DNA of 64,000 bases from Cyanophora paradoxa CCMP329 (Eukaryota > Plantae > Glaucophyta). The position numbers and the translations under genes were made by a program. A model generated the notes under the pieces. It did no database searches, was not told the DNA's origin, and saw only the letters and a program-made list of their open reading frames with translations. This document shows positions 12,201 through 25,487 of this stretch, in pieces (position 1 is the first letter of the stretch; the number at the start of each line of letters is the position of its first letter). Location of the stretch: positions 241,823 through 305,822 of the forward strand of contig QPMI01000415.1 in assembly GCA_004431415.1 (NCBI GenBank). Reading direction: 5' to 3'.

Positions 12201-15200
12201 GCGGCGCGGGGCCGCCGGCGCCCGGCACGCCGCCGGGCACCCCTGGCAGACGCGCGCGCGCGCGCATACATGTCAGCGTCGAAATCGTATGAGCGATCAT
12301 GAGCGATCGGGATCGCGGCTGACCTCGGTCGGCTTCTCGAGGCAGGTCGCGGGGCACGTCGGGAGCGACGCCTGCGAGATCGCGACGGTTGTCAGCTCGG
12401 GTCGGGGTCGAATTCGAAGGGGAGGGGGGAGGGGGAAGGGGGCACCGGCTCGAGGGTGCGGCGGAAGTCTGGGGCGGGCGGGGGGGGGAGGGGGGGGGAC
12501 GCAGCGGAGGGACGGGGTCAGATCAGATCAGATCAGAGAGCTCGAGGTCAGATGGAAGCTCAAGGGCAGCGCACGGCAGATCGAGGTCTGCAGCAGGAAA
12601 ACGCAAGTTCAGCGCCGGATAGAGCGAACAACGTGTGTAGAGAAATCGAGCTTAAGCTTCAGCACCGTCAGTTTGCACTTGGCGCAGCCCGTCAGCATGA
12701 AGTTCTCCGAGGCCCCGCCGAGCCTCGCGGCCACGAGGTTCATCGAGATGCGGTTCGGCATCCCGCCGCTGCCGGGGTTGATGCCGCGCCGCCCGGTGGC
12801 CATGCCCGAGGCGCTGTCGCGGGGCGAGCGGATCGCCGCCTGCAGGTACGACTGCGCACGAAAAGACGAGTCGGGAAGAGCGCCGATTACAAGTAACAAG
12901 TTACAGGTATTCATGTACATGAGTCGATCAACGGCATTAAAAGCGCGGAGCGCGGCAGATCGTTGTGAACGCGGCAGACGTGTTGGCGCGCACCTATATA
13001 TCATAGAACATTGTGCTATTATAGAATGTTACTTGAATGTTATTGTGCTATTATAGAATGTTACTTATAGAATAGAATCTTATATGATTAATACTTTACT
13101 ATAGAGCGCACCACGGGCTCGGGGTCCGGCTCCGCGGAGCCCTTCACGCTCGCCTTGAGCCGGCGGTACCCCGAGGAGCCGCCGCCCGGGGCGGCCAGCT
13201 CGAGCTCGAGCGCTGCCGGGGCGGGGCGGCACCGGCGTCACAACGAATCGGAAATTGGGAAATTGGGGTCCCGGGTCGGAATTGTGGCCATGGGCACCTG
13301 GGGCGTCCCCGCCGCTCAAGCTCAAGGGGCCGCGGCGCTCCAGAACGCTCCAGTCGCCCGGGAGCTGTCGCGAGAGCACGCTCGGGGGTTGAGAGGAAGG
13401 ACGCTTCTAAGCTTTCTAAATCTTAAGCTTAAGAAGCTTAAGAAGCTTAAGCTTCATTTTAAGCTTCCTTATTACGAAGGGGCCGAACCACGACGGACTG
13501 GCGCTCCACGACCGTCTGCGGCGGGTCCGGAAAAACCTGCGCATGCGCATCCGGCCCATGATCAGACTCCCGGGGCCGAATTCAAAGCAGCGGCGAAGTC
13601 AAGCTGGACGACACTTGCAGTTGCCGCGGAGCACGCACGGTGGCGCCAGCGGCGGCGGCGGCCTTGAAGTTGACGCAGTACTCGTGGAACGGCAGGGAGA
13701 CCTCGGCGCCCGCTGCGGCCCGTTCGAAATTCGCGAATTCCGCGGCCGGGGCCGGCCGGGCGGGCGCCGGGGGCGGACCGAAGGCGGGGTCGCGGCGCTT
13801 GACGAGCGTGTTCCACGCGCCCGTGCTCGACTGCGCGTGCGCTTGCCCGTCAGCCATCGGCCGCAGGGTGCTGTGTACGGTTTAATTGGGGTCGCGGCCG
13901 CGCGCGCCTTCAGGCTCGAGATGCTTCCGGAGCCGGCGACGACCACGCCCTGCGCATCAACGTCAACGAATGCGAAAATCTTAATATAACTTGATAAAGA
14001 GAGATCTCAATCTCATAATGAGATCGCATGTTGTGCGCGCATCAACGTTCACATGGTAAGCGTGCCATCAATTTATCGTTCGTCCTCTTTGAATTCGCAT
14101 CAGGATCACATTCGATGTTCAAGTCTCTCCCCCGGCCCCGGCCCCGCCCCCGCCCCACCGCCGGCGCCCCCGCCCCGCCCGCGAGGAGCGCGCGCGCGCA
14201 CCGCGGCGTGGCACCAGACCTCGTCGTCGAACGTGCGGTCCTCGGCGAGCTTCTCCGCCGGCAGGCGCTGCCGCGACCGTCAACCAAGCCAAGGCTCGTT
14301 GAGAGATGGAAGTACTAGTGTCGACTGGGCAGTGCGCACCGGGTAGAAGGAGGAGGTCGAGTCGGAGCCGGAGGGCGCCGGGCGTCCGCGGCAGACCGGC
14401 TTCTGGCCCTGCTCACGCGAAAGCAGACGTCGACGCGGATGCCGTCATGATCAGGTTCGAGCGAGAGGCGTCGCGAAACGATGGAGGGAAGAGGGAAAGA
14501 CCGGCAGAAGGATGCAGGACTCGATGATGCGGCCCGCGGCGTTCTGGAATAAACGTTAAAGTTAACGCTAGCGACGTCGACGCAGGCGTGATCATGAGCG
14601 CAGCGCACCCGCGTGCGCCTCATGGATATGCCCGGGTTATGGTCCTGCGCGCGCGCGTGCAGGAATTCTCAGAGAAACTCTCGATCGATCCCGAAACATC
14701 GAATTCGGATCGGCTTCGGCGTCGCACCACGTCGACCTTGCCGACGATGGCGCGCCAGCCGCCCTCGGGGCTCCACGTGTGCGCCGAGGACGGGCTCGCC
14801 GGCGGCGCGGGGCGGCAGACCTCCACGCTCGCCCCGCTCGCGTCCTGCACGCGCCGCTTCAATTTCCGTTCCAATTTCCAGACGCCGCAGGGCGGACCGC
14901 GGCGGACTCGCAGAGGGAGGCGAAGTGGAGGTGCCGGGGCTTGGCCGCCAGCTGCTCCTTCGCCGTCCCCGCCCGCGCGAACTCCAGCATCGCCGCGCCC
15001 TCCTCCGTACCCGCCACGGGCTGCGGCAAAGCTAAGTCGAGGCGAGCAATCTAATTTTAGCGTCGGTGTGGTTTGGTTTCGGGTACCCGGCAGGCGCCGC
15101 CCTCCTGGAGGCAGGGGGCGGAGCGGGCGTCGACGGGCGCCGCGCTCTTGTCCCACAGCGTCACGTCTTCCACCGGCATCTGGAATGCAGTTGAATATCA

Positions 15201-18200
15201 AGAAATGGTATCTTGGAATTTGAAATAGTAATATTAATCACCAGGAACGGCTTGTCCTTGTCGCGTGGGGGCAGTGGGACGTAGGCACGCTCGCCCTCGG
15301 CCTGCGCCGAAAGACTCGGACTCGCTGCGCCGAAAGACTGCGCCGAAAGCGCTCGCTCGCTCGCTCACGATGGGGAACGGGTTTCGGTCGTCGCGGGGCG
15401 GGAGCTGAACAAAGACAGGCTCCAGCCCGGCCTGAAATGAAACGAAGAGGTGGACTCGCGTGAGCAGAGCGGAGCGTTTGATTGCACGTTAGGTTCAAGG
15501 GACCGCGCGCACGATTTCGACGCGAAGAGCGCGGGAGAGTCCGTCCTGAGACCCGTTATAATTAATTACATTATGGTTTCTCGAATTCGAAGATAGTCAG
15601 GTTGAGGACGGACCACGCGGACGTAGCCGCCGGAGGCGGCGCTCAGCCCGTCGAAGTTGTCGCCCTGCGCATACGAACCCCGGCCCGGCCCTCTAGATCC
15701 GAAGAGCGGAGGCGGGCGGGCGCGGCACGGCACCGGCATGACCGAGTCGCGCTCGACGACGGGGACGTGGGCGGAGCCCTCGAGCCCGTCCTGCGAGAGA
15801 GCGTGCGTCAAGCGCGCTTCGGACTCTGTTCAACAGGCATAGGCACGGGCGCACGATTGTGACGCGAACGTAGGGCGTGGGCGGGACCGTCTCCTGCGCA
15901 AAAAGACTTTAACGCTGCGGCTTGGCGACGCGCGGCTGACTGACCATCGAGACGCCGTTGTCGGAGGCGCCGCCGAGCAGCACAGCGAAGCTGGTGCGGG
16001 CGGACCCGGCGAACGCGTCCGCCGGCTTGCCCGTGATCCGCTCCACGGCGGCGTTGTCGAGAACGAGGCGGCAGGCTCCGTCCCCGGGCGCGTACGAGAG
16101 CATGCGGCAGCAGAGGGGGATCTTCCTGTCGCAGGGGTTCCCCTGGTGCCTGAGGCAGCTGCCGTCGCCGGGGGCAAAGCAGGCGCCGTCGCCGGGCGCC
16201 GGGCATCCCATCTCGCCCGGCGCGAAGTACGTCAGGCGGCACGCGCCGTCGCCGGGGGCGAAGCTGACGCATTGGCCGGCCCCGTCGCTCTGCTTTTTGA
16301 AGCAGGCGCCGTCTCCTGGGGCCACGCACGACCCGTCGCCCGGGGCGAAGGTCGGCGCGCCGTTCTCGTCCACGGGCGTCAAGCTGAAAACGAAGCGTAA
16401 GCTTTAAATTTAGCCATCCAAAAATTTAGATGGGCCCGACTCGCCTGTAGAGGGCGCGACCGGGGCGCTTGTGGGTGATCGGGTCGTCCCCGTTCCGGTA
16501 CTCCACGCGGTTCACCTCCTCGTCGTCGTCCCTGGTCTGACGGGGTCCAATTTGAATTACATCCCGTTTCCGTTACAAATTATGAGCTACAAATATGTAA
16601 AAGCGCACAATAATTATGGAGACCGACTTGCGCTGGTTCGCCTCGCTCGGGATCGTCGGGAGGTAGCACGAGCCCGCCCCCGCCTGCGCGAAATTCAGAT
16701 TCGGAGGGCGCCGCGGAGCGAGCTCGGGTCGATATAATATATTTAAGCAACAAGCAACAAAGCTAACTCAAACGCACCACGGTGATTTTCTGGAGCTCGC
16801 CGTACTGCGTGGCGGAGACGCCGAGGCGGGGCGGGACGGCGATCACGTAGCCCGCGGGGTGCTGCGCCCAAAAGGAAGACCGGTAACGTTAACGTTATCG
16901 TCAGAAACGAGGTCTGTCCAAGGCAGGTTACAGCGGAATTTCAGCGGAATTTCACGCACGCTCCGGTCGAGCCCGCTGCCGCCCTGCACCTGCTTCGCCG
17001 CACGGCGGTGCCTGCGGGAAGCCTCGTTGAGCCGCTGCGGTCGCCCTGTGATCAGCGGGCCGCTCGATTGGATACGAATCCGAAATAGATCGTTAGCTGA
17101 TGGGTGTTGGTTGTTGGTCGTTTTGGTGTATTTAATGTTGGTCTAATCGTTGACCGTTATAATTAGCCAGTCAACGGCGCGCACCTTCTTGTACTCGATT
17201 GCTCTCTCGGTGTTGCGGATTCCGCGGCCCGGCCGGAGCTGGAGCGCGCCGCCGCCGCCCACGGTCTCGCCCTTGTAGCGCTCCTGGATGCTGCCCATGG
17301 CGTCCTGCAGGGACGGCGTTAGCTGTAGCCGCGAGACGAAGTCCGCCTCTAATATAGCAATCTACATATATTAAATATTGCAATATCTGCCGCACCTGGC
17401 TGGTCATGCGGGTGACGAGGGACTTTCCGGGGCCCTGCAACGACGTTAACAATATACATCAATGTCGCGGACAACCAGGAGAGCTGTAATGGCGGCGATT
17501 GTTCTGACCGACTGGGCGAAGCACTTCTCGACGTAGGCGCCCGTCTCGGCGTCCAGCGTCCCGTGGCACACGCTCGGCGTCTTCGGGCTCCCCTCGATCG
17601 AGATCTTCTCGGTCTGGCGCGCGCGCGCGCGGGCGGGTGCAGGGTCGACGTCAGAATAATCGGGATTTTTGCGACACGCATTTATATGGAGGGCCGGCGC
17701 GGCCGACTCGCCTGGAGGCCGTCGCCGTCGTCGTCACTATCGCAGCAAGGTGCCGCCTCCGCGGCCGCCAGCGAGTCCACCAGCGGCTGCCGGGTTCGAA
17801 GATCGAAAGAGGTCAGATCGAACGGTGCAGGTATATATGATGAAGGTTGACGGGGACCGGAGGCCTAGAAGAAAGCGGCCCGCGCGCTGGGGCGGACCTT
17901 GTAGAACGAGGCGACGAGGCGCCCGCTGGGCTCGAGCGGGTGGCAGACGACCGAGTCCTGCGCGTGCACGGCGGCGGTGCCCGACTAAGCGATCCATGCC
18001 GCGAGCGGGCGAGCGGGCGGGCGTGCCTCGCTGGGCGGAGAGGTCTGGGGCGCCTCGCGCCGAGTCCGCACGTGCCCCCCCGCGAACGAGTCCTCGTAGA
18101 GCGGGCTGGACGTCCCGCCCCCGCGCGGCATGTACGACAACGTGCCGCCCGCAGCGCCGGCGGCCTTGCCTAGCAGGCCCTTGCCCTTGTAGCAGCGCGC

Positions 18201-21200
18201 CGTCGGCTGCCCGCCGCGGTTCTGCTCAATCGTTCCCACACGTCAGCTAAGCGGAAGCTGAAGCATTAACTTGAAGAACGGCGTGCCCGAAGGGTGTATC
18301 TGAAGATGGGCGCGGGGGGGTTGGCCCCTCCGACCGGCTGCGACTCGCACGTCTCTAGGAGCTGCGAGCCGCCCCCGAACTGCGCCCGCGACCGGCGCCG
18401 TCGATGCCCGGAAATTCGGGAATTCGAGAATGCGGGCCCCACCGTGGAGAAAGTGCAGCGGGCGGGGGTAGACGCGTTGTAGTACAGAGCCTCCAGCTCC
18501 AGCGCCTCGTCATCCTAACATGAAAAAGAATGAAAGTAAGAAGAATGGTATCAGCAGGCTTAAGCCTATATTAAATTAGCTTGTTGCGAACCCGCTCGAC
18601 GTAGACGGCGGAGACGTAGGTCATGGCGGAGCCCGGCGTGCCGCTCGAGCCGGCCGCCGCCGCCTCCTTCGCCAGCGCCTCCAGACCGATGTACGACCAC
18701 TGCGAAGTAAAGCATACGTAAATATAAGGCGCTCGAACTCTGCAGCTGGGAATGCATGTATGTAGATATGGTGCGCGCCTGTGTAGTCCCGAGCGTCTCG
18801 TTCGTGACAGGGACCTGTTGATACGCGTTGAAAGCTGAAGTCAGCGCGAGCTTCAGACAATCATTGGACTTTTAGATTCCGTAGTGGCGCCATGCAGCGC
18901 TTTTTAGAGAGACGATAACGAAGCGCACGCACCGAGCCGACGATGGCGCCGCCCGTCGGGGGCACGACGGCGAAGCGCATGCTGGCCTTGCGACCGACGC
19001 CCTCGCAGCCCTTCGGGTCCGTGCACTGCCGCGGCGCCGGCGGCTGCGCCGCCGAGCTCGAGGTCCAGGCCGGGTCCCACGCCGGCGCGGGGCTCGCCTC
19101 CGGCCCCGGCCCATAGCTCTCCCTTCCGTTCTCCGCCAGGCTGCCGATCGAGAGGGCGTCAGATGAGCTCTAGATCAAATCGCATTGAACAAGCGCTCAA
19201 TTATTAGAGCTTAGGTCTTTATTTCAATAATTCTATATGAGTGAATAAAAGGGCAGACCGGATGGCGAGGCCGGCGTCGCCGCCGGGGTACGAGAAGAAG
19301 GTCCCGTCGGAGAGCACGGGGGGCCACTCGGGCAGCTGCTCCGCCGCCGGGGCGGGGGCCGGGGCCTCCTGCGCGCGATCAAATCAGTTCACCTACGCCC
19401 CAAGTTAACTTTAGTGTGTTAATGTACCTTCGAATTTTCGCCCCAATCGCCGCGGCCACAGTTCGGCATGGGCTTGGCCCCCGCGGGAACCTTCGCCGGG
19501 AACTGCCCCCAGCCGCCCTGCCGGTCGCGATCCCGCATTGTCAGCGAAAAACCGAAGGCCTGAGACCGCGGATCGGCTCGCCTGGGTTCTAGAGCAGTAG
19601 GTGGCCTCGCTCTGCGAGCACATGCCCCAGCCGCCCTGCTCCGATCCGGTCCGAACCGCACCGGGTTAGAAAGTTTGGGTGCTTGGGGGGGAGGGGGGGG
19701 GTAGACCGGCGTGAAGGTGCAGTACTCGCCGGCCGCGGCGCGCTCCTCGCACGAGGGGCCCTTGAAGCCTCCCCATCCGCCCTGCGCAGAAGCTTATCAT
19801 TAAGCTTAAGGTTGTATGTCGAAAGTTTAAGAAGCCCTAAAGGCTTTTAGGATCCTTTGAAATCGCGATTGGTTTCGAAATCGCTTTGAAAGCTTAAGCT
19901 TAAGGTTGCAGGTAGCAACTTTGAGAGGCCTTGAAGGCCCTGGATGCACAGAAGCTCAAGGCTTTATATATTATATATAAACTTGGAAGGGGGTCGAGGG
20001 ATAGAAATTGGGATCGGAAGCTTAAGCTTAAGGTTGTAGGAAGAAGCTTTAAGAAGCGCTAATCAAAGGCCTTAGAGATCCGTAACTTGCAATCGCGATT
20101 GGATCCGGATCCGGATCGCACCTGGGTGTAGGTGCAGAAGTCCCCGCCCGCGAGGGCCGGCCACGCCTCGTCCGCGGGGCTCGCCCCCGGGGGCGGCGCC
20201 CCGCAGGCGATGCGGCCCGGGAGCCCGCCGACCATGTAGGCTGGGAGGAGGGCCTGCGGTGCCGGCGCAAGCTCGAGTTTAGGTCGGGACACGCACTCGC
20301 GATAAAGATGTTCAATTCTAGTAGCGCACCAGCGAGGACCCGGCCTCCGGGGCGGCGGGGCAGAACGGGATCGGGAACAGAGCCAGCAGCTCCCCTGGGC
20401 CGCGAGGGACGGAGCAGTAAGCTTACGGATCTAAAAATAGGCCTGGACGGGCGCGGCGAGCGGGCGCGCTCGAGGCGCGCGCACCGGTCGTGGAGGGTAC
20501 GAGGACGGGGGCGCCCCCAAAGAGGAAGGGCGGCGACGCGTCGCGGAGCGAGTTGCCCTGTACCCCGGTCCGGCCCGGCGACCTCAGCAAAGCAAGCGGG
20601 GCGGCGGGGGGCGGGCCGGGGAGCGGCGGGAATTGAAGAGGGCCGCGCACGGAGATCGTGATACGCACGCCGCCGGCGAGGCACCGGCCCGAGTCCGGGA
20701 CAGGGTCCTTCGGCACCTCCGACTCCGCGGGGGTAGGCGGCCCCTGCTCCACCTGGCAAGGGGGTACTCGATTACCGAGGCTGAGAGGGGGGGTACCGGT
20801 GGGATAGGGGGGTACCGTCATTTCGCGGCCCTCGCAAAGGGTGATTTCGCCCGTGACATCGGTCGTCTTCTCGGCGGGGGGCAGCGTCAGGATCGTCTCC
20901 CCCTTGCCCTGGGGGGTACGCGAGTTCAGCCGTGAAGGGAGGAGGGGGGGTGGGGGGAGAGGAGGGTGCGGACCATAGCGACGTTGAACGAGAGCTCCAG
21001 AGGGGGCGCCCACGGCTTCGAAGCCTCGATCGTACCCAGCTGGCGCGACTGTACCGCGAAAGTGAGGCACACCCGCCCCCTTCCAGGGCCGAAGCTGCCC
21101 GCGCGTGCGCGTGCGCGGGCGCACCGTGATTTTGACGGTCTGGCCCTTCGTCGGCTCCCAGATCTGCAGGGGTTCGGGCATCGGCGGCGTCCCGGGGTAC

Positions 21201-21673
21201 CAGAGAGAAGCCCGGGGGTACCGGGATGGAAACGGCGTCGTTCTGCAGGGCGAGGGAGACCGACGCCGCGCACCCGATCCTGCGCCGCTGCTCTCAGATT
21301 CGGGCGCCGCGGCTCGCGTGGGCGCGCGCGCGCGCACTTCCCGACCGCGCCGGTCGTGTCGCAGGCAAAGGCAGCGTCGCCGGCGCGAAGGGCGAATACG
21401 CGGACCTCGGTCATCTGCGGCCGGAGCGAGATCAAATTCGATTTCGCTTCGCTAGGCTCGGATGCGCAGACCTTGCCGTCCTGGTCAGGTGCGTAGACGC
21501 CCCAGGTGCCGCTGCCGACTTGGGCCCGCGCCGGCGCCAGAAGCAGGTGGACGGCGCACAGGGCGAAGAGCGCTGCGGGGCGGGTCCGGGCGGGTTCGGT
21601 CCAGGCTTTGAGCGTTCTCTAGATGATCGATAATTCCCTGCGCACCGGTGCGGAGTGCAGCGGCGGCGGCCAT
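9274..21673 (-). CDS. Very large secreted Cys/Gly/Pro-rich multi-exon protein of unknown function (may be more than one gene)
   Basis: Signal peptide MAAAAALRT|ALFALCAVHLLLAPARA-QVG. It is followed by a long chain of minus-strand exons with cag acceptors and gt/gc donors. Contains 3x CxxT(Q/P)|GGWG, 7x APG(D/E)xxC, DGRQDDDCDG and an FG-GAP-like VGDLDRDGLPDLA. The last exon ends ...DPQLDTIRI*. Continuity across every exon was not verified. Confidence 0.6.
16070..16355 (-). repeat. Coding repeat: seven (F/V/P/Y)APG(D/E)xxC units
   Basis: ORF 15909..16382 contains FAPGDGSC, VAPGDGAC, FAPGDGAC, FAPGEMGC, PAPGDGAC, FAPGDGSC and YAPGDGAC. Confidence 0.85.
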
Positions 21674-23309
21674 GGGGGCGGTGTTCGGCGGCCGGCTGGA
21701 GGCGCCCATCGGACGCGTACGCGGCGCCGGCGCACTGCGCAGCGGGCCCTGCCGACGCAAGGCCGAGGCCCAAGTGTCGGACGGCGGGCGCGGCAGCCGG
21801 GCCGAGCGCGCCTAGCCCAGCAGCAGCGCTAGCGTGGCGCACGGGCGAGGCCGTCGGCGAAGCCTCCCTGGCTGCAGCTGCAGCTGGCGCAGAGACTGGT
21901 GAACTGGGCGGCGTTGACCTGACCATGAGCCTTCCGGTCAGCGCCGCATGCGCAGACCGGAGCGCTCCTTCTGGAACTTCGGCGGGCGCGGGCCGCTGGG
22001 CGGAAGCGTACGAGCGACTGCTGCAGGGCTCACCTGGAAGCGGGCGTGTGCGGCGGGGCGGTGCGCCAGGCGAAACTTCGGAAACGAGGGCTCCCCGACG
22101 TCCCCGTGCAGCTAGCCGCCTCCGACAATGCCACGTACACGGTACATCAACAGGCTGACAACAGCAGCACGACAGCTAGCGGAGCCTAGAGACTAGCGCT
22201 AGCCTCTAGCCTAGTAGGTCAGCTGGATCTAGATCTTGAACAGCAATGCGGAATCATTGCGGAATCAATGCGGATCCGACTTTCCGGTCCTCGGAGCTCG
22301 GAGAATCGGAAAAAAAGATCTGAGGATAATGCATGCGCACTGCATGTGTTCGTTGCTTCTATTATACCGTACCCACGCACTGCCGGCTGATAATGAACTT
22401 AATGAAGACTGCGAATATTAATTCAAATTCTCGAATTTTTTTTTTGGTGAATTACCGGCCACAGCCTCTAGTCTACTCCAGCACTGCGGGGGCGTATACA
22501 GGCAAGGTGGGACATGATCGATCGGAATTATGTGGAGCGGGCGGGATTCGAAGGCGTGATTCTCATCGCAGGGCGATTCGAACACGGAAGGCATGATATA
22601 GACAGCGTGTATGATAACCACACCGCTATCAAATTCTCGAAGCATTTTCGAGACTACTCAGTGACTGGCCATGGATACGTAGTATCGATATCGATATCGC
22701 CGCCGTGAAAGCATGATCACGCGTATTTCATTCACATTTCATTTCGAATTCTACATCCACATAGATCATCACGTTTACATCGTTTTCAAGCCGAAGTATC
22801 AGGTGCAGCCGAAGTATCGGGCGTACTAAACGGCATCGGATCGTGGCGGTCTAGATCTACGATCTGCGGCAAGCGCTGCTCTCTGAACTGACGAGCTCAT
22901 GATCAAGATGTCGACCCCTGCGGCGGGAGAAAATTACGCGCGGGGGCCGCAATACTAGTTTATAATCTCGACCTGCATAATGGGCTAAAACTCAAGTGAC
23001 TAGCGCTATACAACCGGAGATCGACAAGAAAAAAATCTATAATACAGGCGTCGACTACTAGAACTGTGTTATAGAATAGAAATACGAAAACGATGCACTC
23101 AACTACGAATCGAAATGAAATTGGGAGGAGAAATTGAAAGCGGCCGCGGCGCCCCGGACCCTACAAATACAAAGAAGTGAAAAAGACTGCGCGCGCGTGC
23201 ATCCGGAACCGGTTTCAAGGCCGCGTCGCTGGGCGGCCCCCCGGCCCGCAGACTTCACGAGGCTCGAGCTCAGCTCACGCCTCTTCTCCTTCTTCTTGAA
23301 GCCGGGGCC

Positions 23310-25385
23310 TCAGACGCAGATGACGTGGTCGCAGGTCGACTGGAAGAAGGGGGTCGGCGACGGCCGCACGGGCGGGACGGACTGCGCGAGGGTTCACGCA
23401 TCAGCGGCGCGCGCAGTTGGATGCGCGGCTGGGGCGGGATGTATGTGCCGACCTGGATCTGGGGCTGCGGGGAGGGGTTCTGGACGTCGGTCCCGGCCTC
23501 GGCCGCCGCCTTCTCCGCCTCCTCGGCCTCCTCCTGCTCCGGCGCCTCCTCCCGGTCCGAGGAATCCGACCCCGAGCCAGAGGACGTGTACATCTCGCCG
23601 GAACCGGAGCCGCCGACGGCGCCGGCCGGCGATTCCGAGCCCGGCTGACGGGCCCCCGCCAGCTTCGCGAGCTTCCGCCGCAGCAGCGCCGACCTGCGCG
23701 AGACGCGTACGGGACTTCAGAGAGATCGAATCGAATCGAATGCATCGAATGAGTGGTACCTGAGCGGAGACTCCGAGGAGGCGGAGCAGGACCGGGAGCT
23801 GGAGGAGGAGGGGCACGGGGAGGCGGCCTCGGCGCCGGCGCCGGCCCGGGACCCGAGGTCCCGCTTGGCGACGGGCGTGCTCCCTCCGCTGCTGGAGGCC
23901 GAGACCGTGGAGCCGGCCGAGGACCGGACCTCCTCCAGGACGCCCTGCCGGCAACTACGGTCGAAAGGGGTACGTGCGCACGGGGGCGGAGGGGGGGGGT
24001 ACCTTCACGGACTCCGGGTGGGCGGCGCGCGCCACGTCGAGGCGGGAGATGCGGATCGGGGTCGCCGCAAGGCGGAGGAGCTGCGGGGCGCGCTTGAGCT
24101 TCGGCGGGGGCGCGTGTGCGGGGGGGTACGGGGTACCATGGCGCGGCGGCTGAGCTCGTCCTTCTCGCTGAGGACCTCCTGCGTGGGCGGCTCCGGCTCA
24201 GAGAGGTACAGTCGAGGAAAAGGACGCGCGAAGAAGCTCGAACCTGGAGGTGGCCCCGCGCCTCGGCCAGCTGCGCCCTGCAGTCCTCGAGCTCCTTCAG
24301 CCGCGCGGCGAGCTCCAGCTCCCGCTCCCGCACGCTCGCCAGGAATTTGAACACGAGCACGTCCCCGCACTCGGCGTCTGCCGCGGATACGGACTTCCTG
24401 CGCGGCCCGAAGGGGCGCCGTCGCTCAGGGGCCGCTCGCGATCGAATTCGAATCCGACGGCGCAGCAACGTCGGAAGCCGCACCTGCTCTCCTCATTCGA
24501 CGCCTGCGGCGACGGCTCGGCGCTCTGCGGGGCGGCTTTCGCGACGGTCCTCAGAATCTGCGCCCCGGGTTGGAATGCGGCCTCCAAATCCGTCAAATTG
24601 CACGGCTGGGGACAGCGAACCTTGGTCTGCTTTTCCCGCTGCGCACCCTCAATCGCGCCGCTGCGCGGAAAGGCGTCAGCGAACTGACGAGGGTTCAAGG
24701 CCTCCCCCCGACTTCGAATTCGGGGGAGGACAGCGCTAGCGATAGCTGGATTCGGAGCCGCTGCGCTGCTCGGCGCCTAGCGAGAGAGCCGTGCACAGAC
24801 GTGCTTCGTTGCCGGGCAATGATGGGAAGTGCCCCCCCCCTGGCCGCCCGACGCGACGTACGCACCTGGGCTCGCAGCAGGCGGCGATCTGGCGAAGGAA
24901 GTCGAGGACACCGGCGTCAAGCATCGCGTCGGGCTGCTGCTGTTGCTGCTAAGGGCAGAAATCAGAATGGAAGCGAAGTCCGACGGACGGTGGTTTTTGG
25001 CTCTATGATGACGCTGTCATGTCGGGTCCCGATGATAGTGAGCAATACTGCGCGGCTGGCCAGGGCGCGGGAGTGAAGGCGGGACCACAGACAGAACGCA
25101 TACGACTCCAGGAGCGTGTCGAGGGCGCTCGCTGGGCCCCGGCTGGGCTAGGAGGCGGGCCATCGGATCAATTCCGTGTACCCTCGCTAACTAGGATCCC
25201 CCTCACCTCTGAACTACCTCGTAGCCTCTTTTCGTGTCTGAAGCGCTGCCCGCATGCGCGGCCACCTCTCGCGTCGCGGAGGCGATAGATGCACCGCTCC
25301 CCGCCGCCCTTCCTGAGCCACCCTTGACGCACTGCCCGCTGGCTGCAGCCTCAGCGGAAACGCAGCAGAAAAGCCCAGCATTCAT
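23310..25385 (-). CDS. Uncharacterised coiled-coil / low-complexity protein, multi-exon
   Basis: Exons include VLLTIIGTRHDSVIIEPKTT|QQQQPDAMLDAGVLDFLRQIAACCEP, the heptad-like VRERELELAARLKELEDCRAQLAEARGHLQ|EVLSEKDELSRRAM, an acidic tract and a C-terminus PFFQSTCDHVICV*. The start codon is tentative. Confidence 0.5.
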
Positions 25386-25487
25386 AGCTCAGTGATATAG
25401 TTCGATGCTATCTCGAACGGAGCCCGGGAGCAAGAGCGATAGGATACGTTAGCGGCGCCCGGCGGCGGCGCGCCGCCAGGTCGCGGG

